Origin: Thalia democratica
Lineage: Eukaryota
Direction: 5' to 3'
DNA length: 64,000 nt
Assembly (NCBI GenBank): GCA_965202585.1
Contig: OZ241829.1
Location: forward strand, 29,760,001-29,824,000
Below, in pieces: positions 13,849-24,931 of this stretch. The number at the start of each line of letters is the position of its first letter. Position 1 is the stretch's first letter. Position numbers and translations under genes: made by a program. A model generated the notes under the pieces. It saw nothing but the letters and a program-made list of their open reading frames with translations, was not told the origin of the DNA and ran no database searches.

Positions 13849-16800
13849 CTGATGATAAAACAATTTTCAGTAAGAAAAAAATAGTGCTTAATCGACTTTT
13901 TAAAGTGCTGTTTCTTATTAGATGCAAGTAAGAAAGTATGGTTTGTAAATAAAATGTTAAAGATATAGTTCAAAACCTTATTTTTCAAGAAAAAAAACGT
14001 ATCTAATGTTTTACTTATTTTTAAATTGAAGTAACGTTTAAGTTTATAAAATTCATCAGTTTTTATTTTTTACATGTGCGTGAGACTTATTTCTGTTTAA
14101 AAAGTTTAAGTTATTTTTTTCTTAAGATTGCAGATAGGTCAGAATACTTTAGAGAAGTCCTCTGGTGAAAACAATGCTAGAAATGTTTTTATACAAACTG
14201 GATTTTATTCATAAGTTATTATCTGAATTATAAAGCATTTCTTTAAAGTTTTAAACATCTTTAAAATGTTGAATATATGTTTAAAGTTGCACAGATATAT
14301 AGTGGTAAAAAGTACTCTCTTGGAATTTTTTACCATCAAAAAACATTAAAAAAACTATTTTTCAGTATAAAAATTGTTTTTTTAGTACTTAATTTCTGTA
14401 CTTGTAAATATTTTCCATGCAGTTTTTTTTAATTTAAGTTTTGAAGACCTACGATTTTTAATTGAAACTTTTATAAAGAATTTAAAAAAATAATTTAGGA
14501 ATTATTATATAAAATATGTCTAGTATTACTTTTTTTTTTTAAGTAACTTTGCTATTAATTTTAAGTTTTACAGAAGCCATAAAATCTAACATTTTCAAAA
14601 CATCACAGATCAAAATGAAAACAACCTTTTAAAAATAAGCACATTTAGTATGTTTTAACAAAATTAGAAGGAAATAAATACCTTTATGATAATAAGATTG
14701 AAAGTATTTTATAAAAAATTAAAACTATTTTTAAGGTTAATTTTTTTAATTAAACAAATTTTACACAGCTATTCTTTTTACTGCAGTTTTGTCCTGTATA
14801 CAAGTTATATTTAATTCATTGTGACAATAAACATCAAATATCTTAACTTACGCATAATGAACTGCCAGACTATACTGACTACATTGCAAGACGTGCACTG
14901 CATTTTTACTTTTCTTGTTCTGCAAATTATTATTTTTAAGTTTTTGTTTAACCTTTAGAATTTGAATTAAAATAACATTTAATGAAAAAGTTTAGAATTT
15001 TAGTTTTACTGAAAAATAAGTGAGTGAACAAATGGGTTTATTTTTCATAAGCAATCAAATAGTTTCTACTTCTCCTCAAAAAAATCTATACATCTTTATA
15101 TCGATTTAACTAAGATTTAAATGGCTTATAAGCAATATTTTCAAAAAACTTTAAGTTTTTTATTGTTATTTTGTAATTTTACTGAATCATGTGCTTTGTT
15201 AATCTTGTCAACTGATTGTCACACTAAATTTATCAGGTGTAACTAATTTTAAATAACTATTAAACTCTTCTTACATGTAAACTTTGCATAAACATTTTTA
15301 AAGTTGTAAATAAGTCCTATTAATCAAATATTACTCATTATGGTATATCTTAAAAACTTTGGTAAAACTATCTTTGGATTAACTTATCTTTAAAACCGTT
15401 TCATATCATTATACGTAAAACCTTATGCTATTAAGGTGCACAAGTTGTTTTTGTTTAAAAAAGCTATAACTTACTTTTTTGCAGCTTAGAAATTTTTTGA
15501 ATTCACTAACTTTACAACTGCTAACTATTAAAACTTTGAAAATTTGTGTTGTTTACTAAAAGCTTACATCTAGATGCAGTTTTTCTAAAGTTACGTCATA
15601 CAAAAACTAGGAGTACTACACTCGATCTTTTTCAAGTTATTTTAGTTTAAAACTAGCTACACAAAATATTATTATCTTAATTATAATATAAACTCAGGGT
15701 TCAACAGTTTTATTTTGTTTAATGTGCCAATTTTCCGAGAAAAAGTTGCTCGTGGGCCAAAAGCAAAAAGTCTTCTGCAGGCTGCAACTATTTCAATAAA
15801 TGTTGTAGTAATAAAAAAAAGTTATTTTAAACTAAAGATGCTATAAAACTACAATGACAAAGGACCAAGTGCCCAACGAATTATGCAATTAATTTGTAGC
15901 CATTGTAACTTGATTTATTAATTCCTAATTTGTTTTAAAACTGTTATCGAGGGATTACTTTAGTTGGTTAAGTTCTCATTTTAGAAAGACTGATTTATAA
16001 AAAGAAAATGGTTAATTATATGTCTAACAAAAAAATAAATTGCCTGTTTGAAATAATGAAATTAACTTCTTAGTGTTCTTGTGAAAAATAATAAAAATGT
16101 TTGTATCCACCTGCTCTTCAATATAATTAGCATTCAAATAGTTTGAAAATGTAAATAACGTGTTAATAAGGAATTCAAATCCTTCTCTAATGCAGTGCTT
16201 TACTTTCGCTTAGTTTATCTATTAATAAAATAATAAAAAGACTTCAATTATTATGATATGTAAACTAGTCTAGTTTCTAAAATAATTAACAATGATTAGA
16301 ATTAAAAATAGTTTTGCTGAAGTTATATTTTGCACATAACTATATATTATTCATTTTAACAAAATATAGTTCCCACAGAACTTTTTATATAAGTTGAAAT
16401 GACTCTTATTGAATAAAAGCATATGTTTTATTTTGAAAAATAAAACTATCAAAGTATTCAAATTTATACACGCTTTTTTTTTTACAAGTAAAAAGTTTTC
16501 AACAAAGGTCAACACTTTTCAGTCTAACACATTAAATCAACGTAAGCGTTAGGATTCTACTCTTTTAAAAAATATTGTAGGCTAAAACAAATTATAAAAA
16601 TGGTATTAATTTTCTTCCTGAAAAGTAAAGTTTAAAAGATAGTACTTCATAAAAGTTATTGAGTTAAACTGTTTCAAAACTATATAGTTTTGTTCTTAAA
16701 GTCTTGTTGTTAAAGCTTTGTACACAAGTAAAATAAAAACATCTATGTTATTAAGTTTTATCACAGACGGTATATTACTAATATTGATTTTTATTATTTA

Positions 16801-19800
16801 CTTTTTAAACTTTGTAAAAAAAAATTGATTCTTAAACTAAAAACAAAAAGTGGTTTGAATTGTATTTTGTGTAACAAATCTGAGTGTTTATATATTGCTT
16901 GCAATTTGAGTTTGATTGTGATTCTAATTTCTATCAAAAAAAAAAATCCAAGGTTAAAAAAAAAAGAAAAAATAAGTTTTAAAAACAAACTTTTATAAAA
17001 TTTTGTATCTATTTAAGTCAATAACAGTTGTTTCAAATAAATTAATATTAGTTGAAAAAAAAAAACAATACGGAAAAAGCGGCCAATTAGTATTAGAAAA
17101 AGTACATTTTGATAAATTTCATGATTCATTTTTTGTCAATAAAATTCGGTATGTATTAGTTTAAAATACTTAAGGAAGGCTGAAAGCTTTTTTTATGAAA
17201 GGATTGTTTCTGTGTCTTCGCACAAAATCCGGACGTTTTCTTTCTGTGAAAAAATTAAAAAATCGTTATTAACTCACGTCTTTAAACAAGCACAAATTCA
17301 GTCTGACCGTTGTATTCCAGATCACCAGTGAACTGCACGTCGTTTTGGTACTGGTGGTTGAAGTACTCGAATCTTTCGAGCGTGAACTCGTCGGCCGCCA
17401 CAGTTTCCTTCTTGTATTCTTTGAACGACAGCTCGAACTTTGCCTTCACTCCGCTCGGGTTGTAAACTCCTTAAAAATACACGTGAGACGTGGAGGTATA
17501 AAGAAATGCAGTGACGAGCTTTTACAAAGTTCTTAAAATAAAATGCAGCAGGACACCAATAACGTATCTGCTTTAAGAGATATTAATCTAAAAAATGAGT
17601 TGGGTCAAAAAATTATAAAAAAGCTATGATACTGTTTAAACGAACAAAAAACTAATCTTAAAGTTATAAAGATTTTTATTATTGTGTTAGTGTATAATAA
17701 AACTGTAAATTACTTATTAAACACAAAAAACTTGATGTGCGTGGCAAAAATTAGTTCAGTTTAGTTTATTTAGGTTTTATAAATTAATTTTAAATTAGTT
17801 CAAATAAAAAACTACTATTAAAAGAAAAAGTCTAGTAACTCTGAAATTAGCTTGAATAGACAATTTTTTTTAATCAAAAGTAAGTAAATATAAGCTGTTA
17901 TAACTAATATTACTTTTATAATTATAATTAAACTTTTAAGAACTAAAATGTTCTCAAAACTGTAAGGTACGCATTTCACGTAAAGTACGCACTTTTAACT
18001 GGTTTCTTGGTGCGTACCCTACCAATGTCATTATATTTTTATTTTAGATAAATACAACCATGAGCTTTGCGACTAGTTTTTTTTCAAAATTGGTATCAAC
18101 TGTTTCTAGACTTCTCGTGAAACCAACCGAACTTGATGTAAGGAACTCTCCCTTGCGCGTTCGCCCCGATAATAACCGGCAACTGATAATCGAGGTAAGA
18201 AGATTGCAGCTTGCCGTTAACTTTCAACTTCAGTAAACCGTTCCACGTTCGGATACCGGGGTCTCCAGTGCGACCGAGACGCTCCATTTCCTAGTTTAAC
18301 TTTTAGCTATCATCTTAATGGTTGATGATAAACTTTAAACATTTTAATCTTGCTTCTAGCTTAAGCTACTAGTATATAATTTCTCGTTAATTAAAAACTC
18401 TATAGACTTTTATTTTATTTTGTTAAAAAACAGGTCTAAAGTTCTTGTATAACACTTCCAATAATATTTTAATACAATTTATTGCTTGTTTTTCATTTAA
18501 GTGACTGCACCTGAAATATCTAATACTTTTTTATATTTCTAAGCTAAATAAAATAAGTAAAAAAAAATCAAAAAACTTTATCTGTAAGGAGACCGTACTC
18601 GCCCCAATTTATAATCCACTCAAATTCAGTCCATTCCTGCTCTTCGAGAACATCTAGCGGAATTTCGTGAAGAACAATCGCCTAAAAACAGTTAAAAATA
18701 ATAAGAAAATATCTCGTTAGCGTTTTATGTTGAAAATAAAGTTTAAAACTAAGTTGAATTTCTTTTCGTTAGAACTTTTAAAAAAAACTTTACTCTAAAT
18801 GGAAACAAGTCTTTCAATTTTAAATTTGCCCCAGATAACACCATTTTTACACAGCAAACCCTTTTTTTTTGGTAGCAAAATGTTTATGTAAGCTTAATTT
18901 TTAGTATCATATTCAAAAAAAAAAGTAAAAAAAACAACGTGTTGTTCGGCCCGACCGTCTTCAACGCACACAACTTTTTTCATGCCACTCATTCTGCACT
19001 TTCCTTCAGTTTTGAAGTACCTCTCGTCCGATCTTGCTGTCACTGTAAGCTTGCCTGCAAGAGCAGTTTGTTGTAATTTAATTTTTACACGCTAGCCTAA
19101 AACAATAAAAATAAATTGTTTACCAAAAAATTAAGCAGTGGTATGCTGTTCTATATAATTGTACACTTTTAAAAATGTTTCAAAAATCACATTATTACTA
19201 GTTTCAGCATCAAAACATTTTCGTAATTTACCTTTCATTAAGTTGTTTTGTAACAAAATGTATATTCTCTTGTTTTTTAAATGACCGCCTAGGGGCGTTA
19301 GATGATTGTTTATCAAATCACATAATAAAACTTTAATAGTTTTTGTTTTTACGCTCAGTTAGCCATAAGACCGTGCGGAAGGCACACCAAATTTAAGACT
19401 TTGAGACACTAATTGAACTTAAGAACTTTTTAATGATATTCATTTTATAAGAACTTTATATTTAATTGTATTATTTTATTGCATTGTGCTTAGTTTAGTC
19501 ATCGTTGTGCATGAAGTACGACATATATTAAGACTCTGTATTACAAGTAAAACCTATTTTTGTATTTAAGATTGTGACATTCAGACAGTTTTAGAACATT
19601 ATTAAGAACATTTTTAGTTGTAGAATTTTGTGTCTACTTGTTCTTTTTATTTTCCCAGTTGTATTCTACTGATAGAGTAGCTGCTCTATCACTTCTACTT
19701 TCTAGTTTTCATATTAATATTACTTTTTCAATAAACTCACTTCATTAAAGAAACTATACATATTAAGTTTATTACATATTTAATAGTTACTAAGTTAAAC

Positions 19801-22800
19801 CTAATGAGTAAGGTAAATTCAGTAAAAGCCTTAAGAGCTAATCACTCAAAGCGTTCAGCTCAAAAAAGGGGACTTCCCCCAATTAAAAAAAGTTCCTACC
19901 ACTGGCCTAAGGCTACAGTTTTACAAACAGAGTCATAGTTTATTTTGTATATAACTTCGTACACGTAAAAATCTAAAAATTGCAAACTAATTTCTATATT
20001 ACATAAAACTTTAAACAACTAACTCTGGTTCCTGTCGTAATGAACTGAAAGAAGGGGGTGTCCTCCTCTCTGAAAGCTTATTCGCTCCCCTCCCGCTTCG
20101 AAACCTGAACGCGTAAATTAATAATCAAATTAACCTGACTAACTTTTGTAGTTTCCTTAAAAGTTAACGTTTAGTGTTTAATTTAGTATTAAAATTAATA
20201 AACAGTTTTATACACTATAACTAAGATAAATTAAACTTTTGTAAATAGACTTGAACAATAAAGCAATCATCACAACAAAATATCAAAGAAAAAAAATCAC
20301 CAACCGGCCGCGTGCTCGCACGGGAAATGGGAGCAGCCCCTGAACAGCTCCTCGTTGGTCAGCCGTATCGGAACGGGGTCTTCCCCCACGGTGATGACGC
20401 GAGGGTCGGGCGAGTTGTGCCACTGAGTGATCATCACCCGCCGCATGGCCGCTCCGGCTTCACCCGATTGGACGAGGTCTCTCAGTTTCATCTTGTACTT
20501 GTACACGTGGCTGGCGTGCCGCGTCATCGGCTCGTTGGCCGCCGGGCACAGCGTTTGGAGGAGGGGCGGCATGACCGGGCCTGTGTGACGTAATAACGCT
20601 TTGGGTGATAATGTGTGACGTAATAACGCTTGGGGTGATATTGTGTGACGTAAAATTTGTGTTGTAAGAATGGGTGATGTCTGATTAACAAACGAGTTTG
20701 ATAAAATTTTGTTAACTTTAAATGACAGTGAAAATCTATATTGAAGATTGCTAATTTTTTTGTAACTGGTAGCAGGTATGTTAAACATTGATTTTTTCAT
20801 AATATTTATTCAATACTTTTCTTGAAGTTTTGGAACTATTTGTTAGAATTTTAAGCAGTTTATTAAACTTATATCTTTTAATCATTTTTGCAATAAATCC
20901 AGTGAAAAATTTGATGAAATAGTTGTGAATAAAAACGTTTAGAGATGAGATTGTAAAAGTATAACGACATTTTTTTATACAAAAATTTTTCTAAACTTTA
21001 GCTTTTAAAACAGTTACAGCTAATGAAAAGTACATTAAAATAAAACTTAGATAAACACTTTAATATTTAAAATTATTTCTCTATATCAATGGTCTTCAAG
21101 GCGTGCACATTTAGGTTAATTTGCTTTATATAAAAAAGTTACAATGGTTAAAAAAAAATTCAAATGACGTTTTTTGTTTTTTTCTATGGGAAAAAGTTAA
21201 TGATAACACAAACTAACAGTTTTTAGCACGTTATTTATATATTCTATCTCATAAAACCAAAATAAATTCTTGTTCTTGATAGCAACTTACATTTTAATAG
21301 TCTAGTTTGCAAATAATTTATTTTTCAGTAATTTAGTGTGCACAGTGTTTGAAAATATTAAAAACCAATGCTCTAGAGTCATTAAATGTTTACTTGACAA
21401 CAACAAAAATTAAAAAGGTAAAATTGTTTTAAGGTATTAATAATAAATTGAGAAGGTTTATTTAAAAGTTTTTAAACATTCAGTTTATAGTAGACGTTTT
21501 CTGATACTGTCGAAGTATCTGTTGAAAATAAAGTATACAATTTTAAAACAAAAAATACTTTTTATAAGGAAATTGTTGTTTATATCATTGTTAGTGACGT
21601 TTTCTTTGAAATATTTTTCAGTTACAAAACACGTGCTGATCTCTATCCTGGACTTTTCATCTTTTTTATTATTATCCAAGTTGTCGTATACAAACCTAAA
21701 ATAAATATGAAACTTTGCTTTTTTTACTCTAGTCGTTTAGCAGTCAAAAACCGCTTACGTTTTTATTGAATTTTATATATCAACAAAACAAGTTTAAGCA
21801 CAATAACTTTTTAAACAACTTTAAAATATTTGTATGATACCACGTTAGTTAATTTTAAAAAATTTTGGTTCTAAAACCTTTGAACATTTAATAGCTGTAA
21901 AAATGTCTACTCTTTTAAAGAGAAACAACATGAACAGCAACCAGTGAATTAAAGTTTTTACACACTACTACAATAGTTCTAGACATACTAATATAAACTA
22001 AGTTGAAAATAGTTATAATGTTTACAATAAGTTTTTGTTTTTAGTTTTATAGGCTAAAAATGACAAAACTTGCACTTATAATCTATTCAGGTATAAGATA
22101 TTTAAAACTAATGACGAAGTACCTGTACTGATAGGAAGGTTCACTATTTTCATTTTCGGGAAAATACTTTTCAATGTAAAATTTTGTCTTTTTACTGTTT
22201 GAAATTTTCAGTAAAACAAAATTACCTGGAAGAACCTGTTCTGTAAGTACATTAAAATTTTTTTTTTGAAGAAACGTTCTTAGCTTTTTTGTTTTTTACG
22301 CCAAGTAATAAGTACACTTTATTTACAATCAGTAACATAATTTTTGATAAAAGTTTTAAAATGCAAGAATTGTAAAACATTTCTATAACTACATACGAAA
22401 ATCCTACAAAGTTATCTCTTAGTTTCTGATTTACTTCAAACCTTCCCTGACCAGTTTCAAGAACGGTCTCGATTTCGGCCACTTGTTGCAAGTGAAATTC
22501 GATGAGGCCGCCTTGAGACCGGTGCAGTCCCATATTTCACCAGATTTAGTTTTATTTCTCAACAGTTTAATACCTGTTTGCAAGGATTAGTAGATTAACT
22601 TTAAAAGAAAGGTAAAAAAAAACTTAAGTCAAATTAAAAGCGATCCTAGCTGTTTTTGTTTTAGAAAGATGGCTACTGTACGACTGGATAACCGATAACT
22701 GTGGTGTGAAACTCGATAACTAAAAGGTTTCTTCATACACCAGGTGCTTAAACCAGACTTTTTGGACGCTTTTTTTTTATCGTTTTATAACCAATATATA

Positions 22801-24931
22801 CACACTGCCGGAGGGGATGTTCAACATCACTGGTTAAAAATATATACTACGGTCATCTAAAATGAATACTGTAACAAATTAAACCTTATTTATAAATAAA
22901 ATTTTTATATGTAAACAAAGTTGAGAACCTTAACAAAGTATTTAACATTAAAAGAGTTTAGTTTGGGTTTTTGACGTAAAGCAAGTTTTATAAATATTTA
23001 ATTTGTGTTTTACTCGTAAACAAAAGTATTACTTAAGTTTAAAAACCTTTTTATTAAAGTTTGTGATATACTCATACTGTGATTAAGCTACTCTTACTTC
23101 TAAAGTAATATGCAATGGTCTTTTGTACAACTCTCTTCCTGAAACTTTGTTAACAAATGTAAAAAATAGTAACAGTTACCACATAAAATTTTTGCATGCA
23201 AAACAAACAAACTGACTGCAACTCAACCCATCTCCTTGGAAACCAGGGTTGCACTTACACTTGTAATACTCCTTATTCTCGTAGTTGTATTTCAAGCAGT
23301 AAGCATCTGCGTGACAAAACTGACAAACGTCTTTTTCAAATCCTGTATTTTAACAAATTCCTACGTGATGTCATTTTGATTATAACTTATTTTTGTACAG
23401 ACAACAGATGTATTTTATTTCGAAAATAAAGTTAAATTGACAATAGTTGTATTGAAGCATTAATTCTTTTTTTATTGTAACTTACTTTTTTGACAACATG
23501 TTTTACCAAATCTAAAAACAGTAACGAGTATAAATTTCTGGTTTAAGATGTTGACATTTCAGAAAACATGAGTTATAATTTAGTAATTGTTCAGTAGCTT
23601 TGTAAATTTTAACACTAAACACCTGTATAATAATAAATATATAAAAAATACACAATTTGTGTTACATTAATGTGCTACGTAAACAATTATTGTAAAGTTA
23701 TTACAAGTTTAAATTAATTGTTGTGCAAAGTTGTCGTAAACATATTAACTGAACTAACTTAGTTTTTTTAAATTTTATTTCGTAAATGTATGTTGTTTAA
23801 GGTTTATGTAAATTATGCAGTAATACTATAAAACTTATTATGCTTAGATAAATATAATACACAAAAAAACAAAAAAATACTAGTTATTTTAAATCTTTTT
23901 GTTTCGTCATCTAAGCAAAAGCCATCGACTTCATAGGTTTCACACTTGTCTTCCCCACCACCTAAAACATAATTCAAATAAAAACAACAAAAAGAGCAAT
24001 AACAAATGGCTGCTAAAGTAGAGATAAAACTATTTAAAACTCTAAAATGTGATTCTATACTTTTTTACGGTCTTAACTAAAGACTTAAAAAGTTTTTAAA
24101 AACATAAAAAATAATTCTTTCAATATCCCTGGTGGCGTCAAATCTAGTTAAATTAAAAGACTGTCAGTTATTAATCCTATGTGCAGTTTGTTTTTGTTTA
24201 CCATCAAATTAAAAAAATAATTTTATTGTTAGTTTCAATTTTTTTTTCAATACGGTATTAAACTACAAGATAAATAATTGAATTATATTTGTAGTGCGAT
24301 AATAAAGACATTTTTTTAAATTTTGGTACTAAAACAACTAGTTTTGAACATTAAAACTTTTAACAAAAATATAAAAGTCATTGATTTAATATATAATAAA
24401 AAACAATTTATATATTTTCCTAAATAGTATTTTAAATTAATCTTATAAATAAAGAAAGCAGAAAAATATTACAAGTTTATATAATTTATAAATATAATAA
24501 TAAAACATAAATAAACTATTTTTTGTCATTTTTTTAAAAATAAACTGTAAATGTACATATAGCTATGGTTATATAATATTACATCAATTTTAATAAAAAT
24601 GTTGATAAAATATATATTTGAATTTGATTAAAACTTTAATCAACGTTTATTACATTAGCTGACACTGATTCTCCTAAAAAGATTTTCTGAGCCTTTTAAT
24701 TAACTTCTTTAATGTTTGAGTTTTAGTTTTCTGATACCAAAAATACTTTTAAAAGTTTTGATATCAGCAAAGAAACTCTACACTATAATTAAAAGTTTAT
24801 GCTTAAATAAAACTAATCTAAATTCAAAAGGAAAACTTTTCCACTAAAAAAATCTGATGAAAATAAATTCACTCACCATTTGTTTTTGAAAACAATAAAC
24901 ATAAGAACAAAAGTGAAAAGAAAAAATTCAT
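297..24931 (-). CDS. Large secreted/extracellular modular protein: signal peptide - EGF - heparin lyase I (PL13)-like domain - >=23 Sushi/CCP domains (34 exons in window; 3' end lies beyond window start)
   Basis: Hand-spliced GT-AG exons with consistent phases: 24877-24931, 23881-23961, 23217-23306, 22435-22573, 21559-21695, 20305-20580, 20024-20104, 18939-19054, 18577-18681, 18128-18290, 17308-17469, then 23 phase-1/1 CCP exons from 13848 down to 297. Continuous ORF of about 5950 nt. The 17308 to 13848 junction is inferred (phase-compatible, no separate start or signal exon seen in between). Confidence 0.8.
1790..2245. repeat. Intronic element with inverted subterminal arrays (aaaattgcacga / tcgtgcaatttt) around a ggtaagggtt(ag) core
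   Basis: About 5 copies of an (aa)ttgcacga-like unit on the left, about 5 inverted copies on the right; the A-rich centre has two gggtaagggtt(a) motifs. Confidence 0.7.
17308..22573 (-). CDS. Heparin lyase I / polysaccharide lyase family 13-like catalytic domain (8 exons)
   Basis: Spliced translation carries, in the correct order, motifs matching recalled bacterial heparinase I: WDCTG (WVAVG), KSRIEIS (KGRTELS), MITQWHNSPDPRVI (IFAQWHGAPSRTLV), FQRGGHP (VEQGGYP), KLTVTARSD (YFYIKANSD), LHEIPL..EWTEFEWIINWGEYG (AYKMPF..CWITFDVAIDWTKYG), VIIGAN (ILIGRN), PYIKFGVY (YYFKFGIY). The 3' boundary of exon 21559-21695 is uncertain (alternative phase-1 donor right after EIST). Confidence 0.85.
20582..20653. 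repeat. 30-bp minisatellite, about 2.4 copies, at the 3' end of an intron
   Basis: Unit tgtgtgacgtaataacgctt(t/g)gggtgata(a/t) at 20582, 20612 and partially at 20642. Confidence 0.9.
22683..22778 (+). repeat. ~100-bp dispersed repeat, copy 1 of 3
   Basis: Shares gtg..tg..a..cgataac.aaaaggttt..t...caccagg....a.acca.a..ttt.g.gc(g)tttttt with 37101-37202 and 37519-37622. Confidence 0.6.
23217..23961 (-). CDS. Exons 2-3: EGF-like domain
   Basis: Exons 23881-23961 and 23217-23306 translate to GGEDKCETYEVDGFCLDDETKRFKITNAYCLKYNYENKEYYKCKCNPGFQGDGLSC: six Cys with the EGF C-terminal signature CxCxxGFxGDGxxC. Confidence 0.85.
24877..24931 (-). CDS. Exon 1: N-terminal signal peptide (MNFFFSLLFLCLLFSKTN-G)
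   Basis: ATG at 24931 (in-frame upstream ATG at 24943), hydrophobic core, consensus GTGAGT donor in phase 1 matching the next exon. Confidence 0.8.

Noticed and set aside
20582-20653. 30-bp repeats as a CRISPR array
   Set aside because: Head-to-tail units with no spacers, in a eukaryotic intron.
22252-22533. ORF-track frame MGLHRSQGGLIEFHL...GRFEV as the lyase exon
   Set aside because: It superficially resembles GRTEL, but the upstream acceptor (22574) gives a stop in that frame. The other frame (IKLL...WDCTG...REGL) has a proper acceptor, donor and phases, and the true RIEIS motif is in the next exon.
17282-22573. Lyase as bacterial contamination or chimeric assembly
   Set aside because: It is split by seven AT-rich GT-AG introns of host composition, contains a minisatellite, and is phase-continuous with animal signal-peptide and EGF exons.
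23881-23915. Possible non-GT donor right after the second EGF cysteine
   Set aside because: A canonical phase-1 GT at 23880 gives an open frame with a typical NAYC motif, so no non-canonical site is needed.
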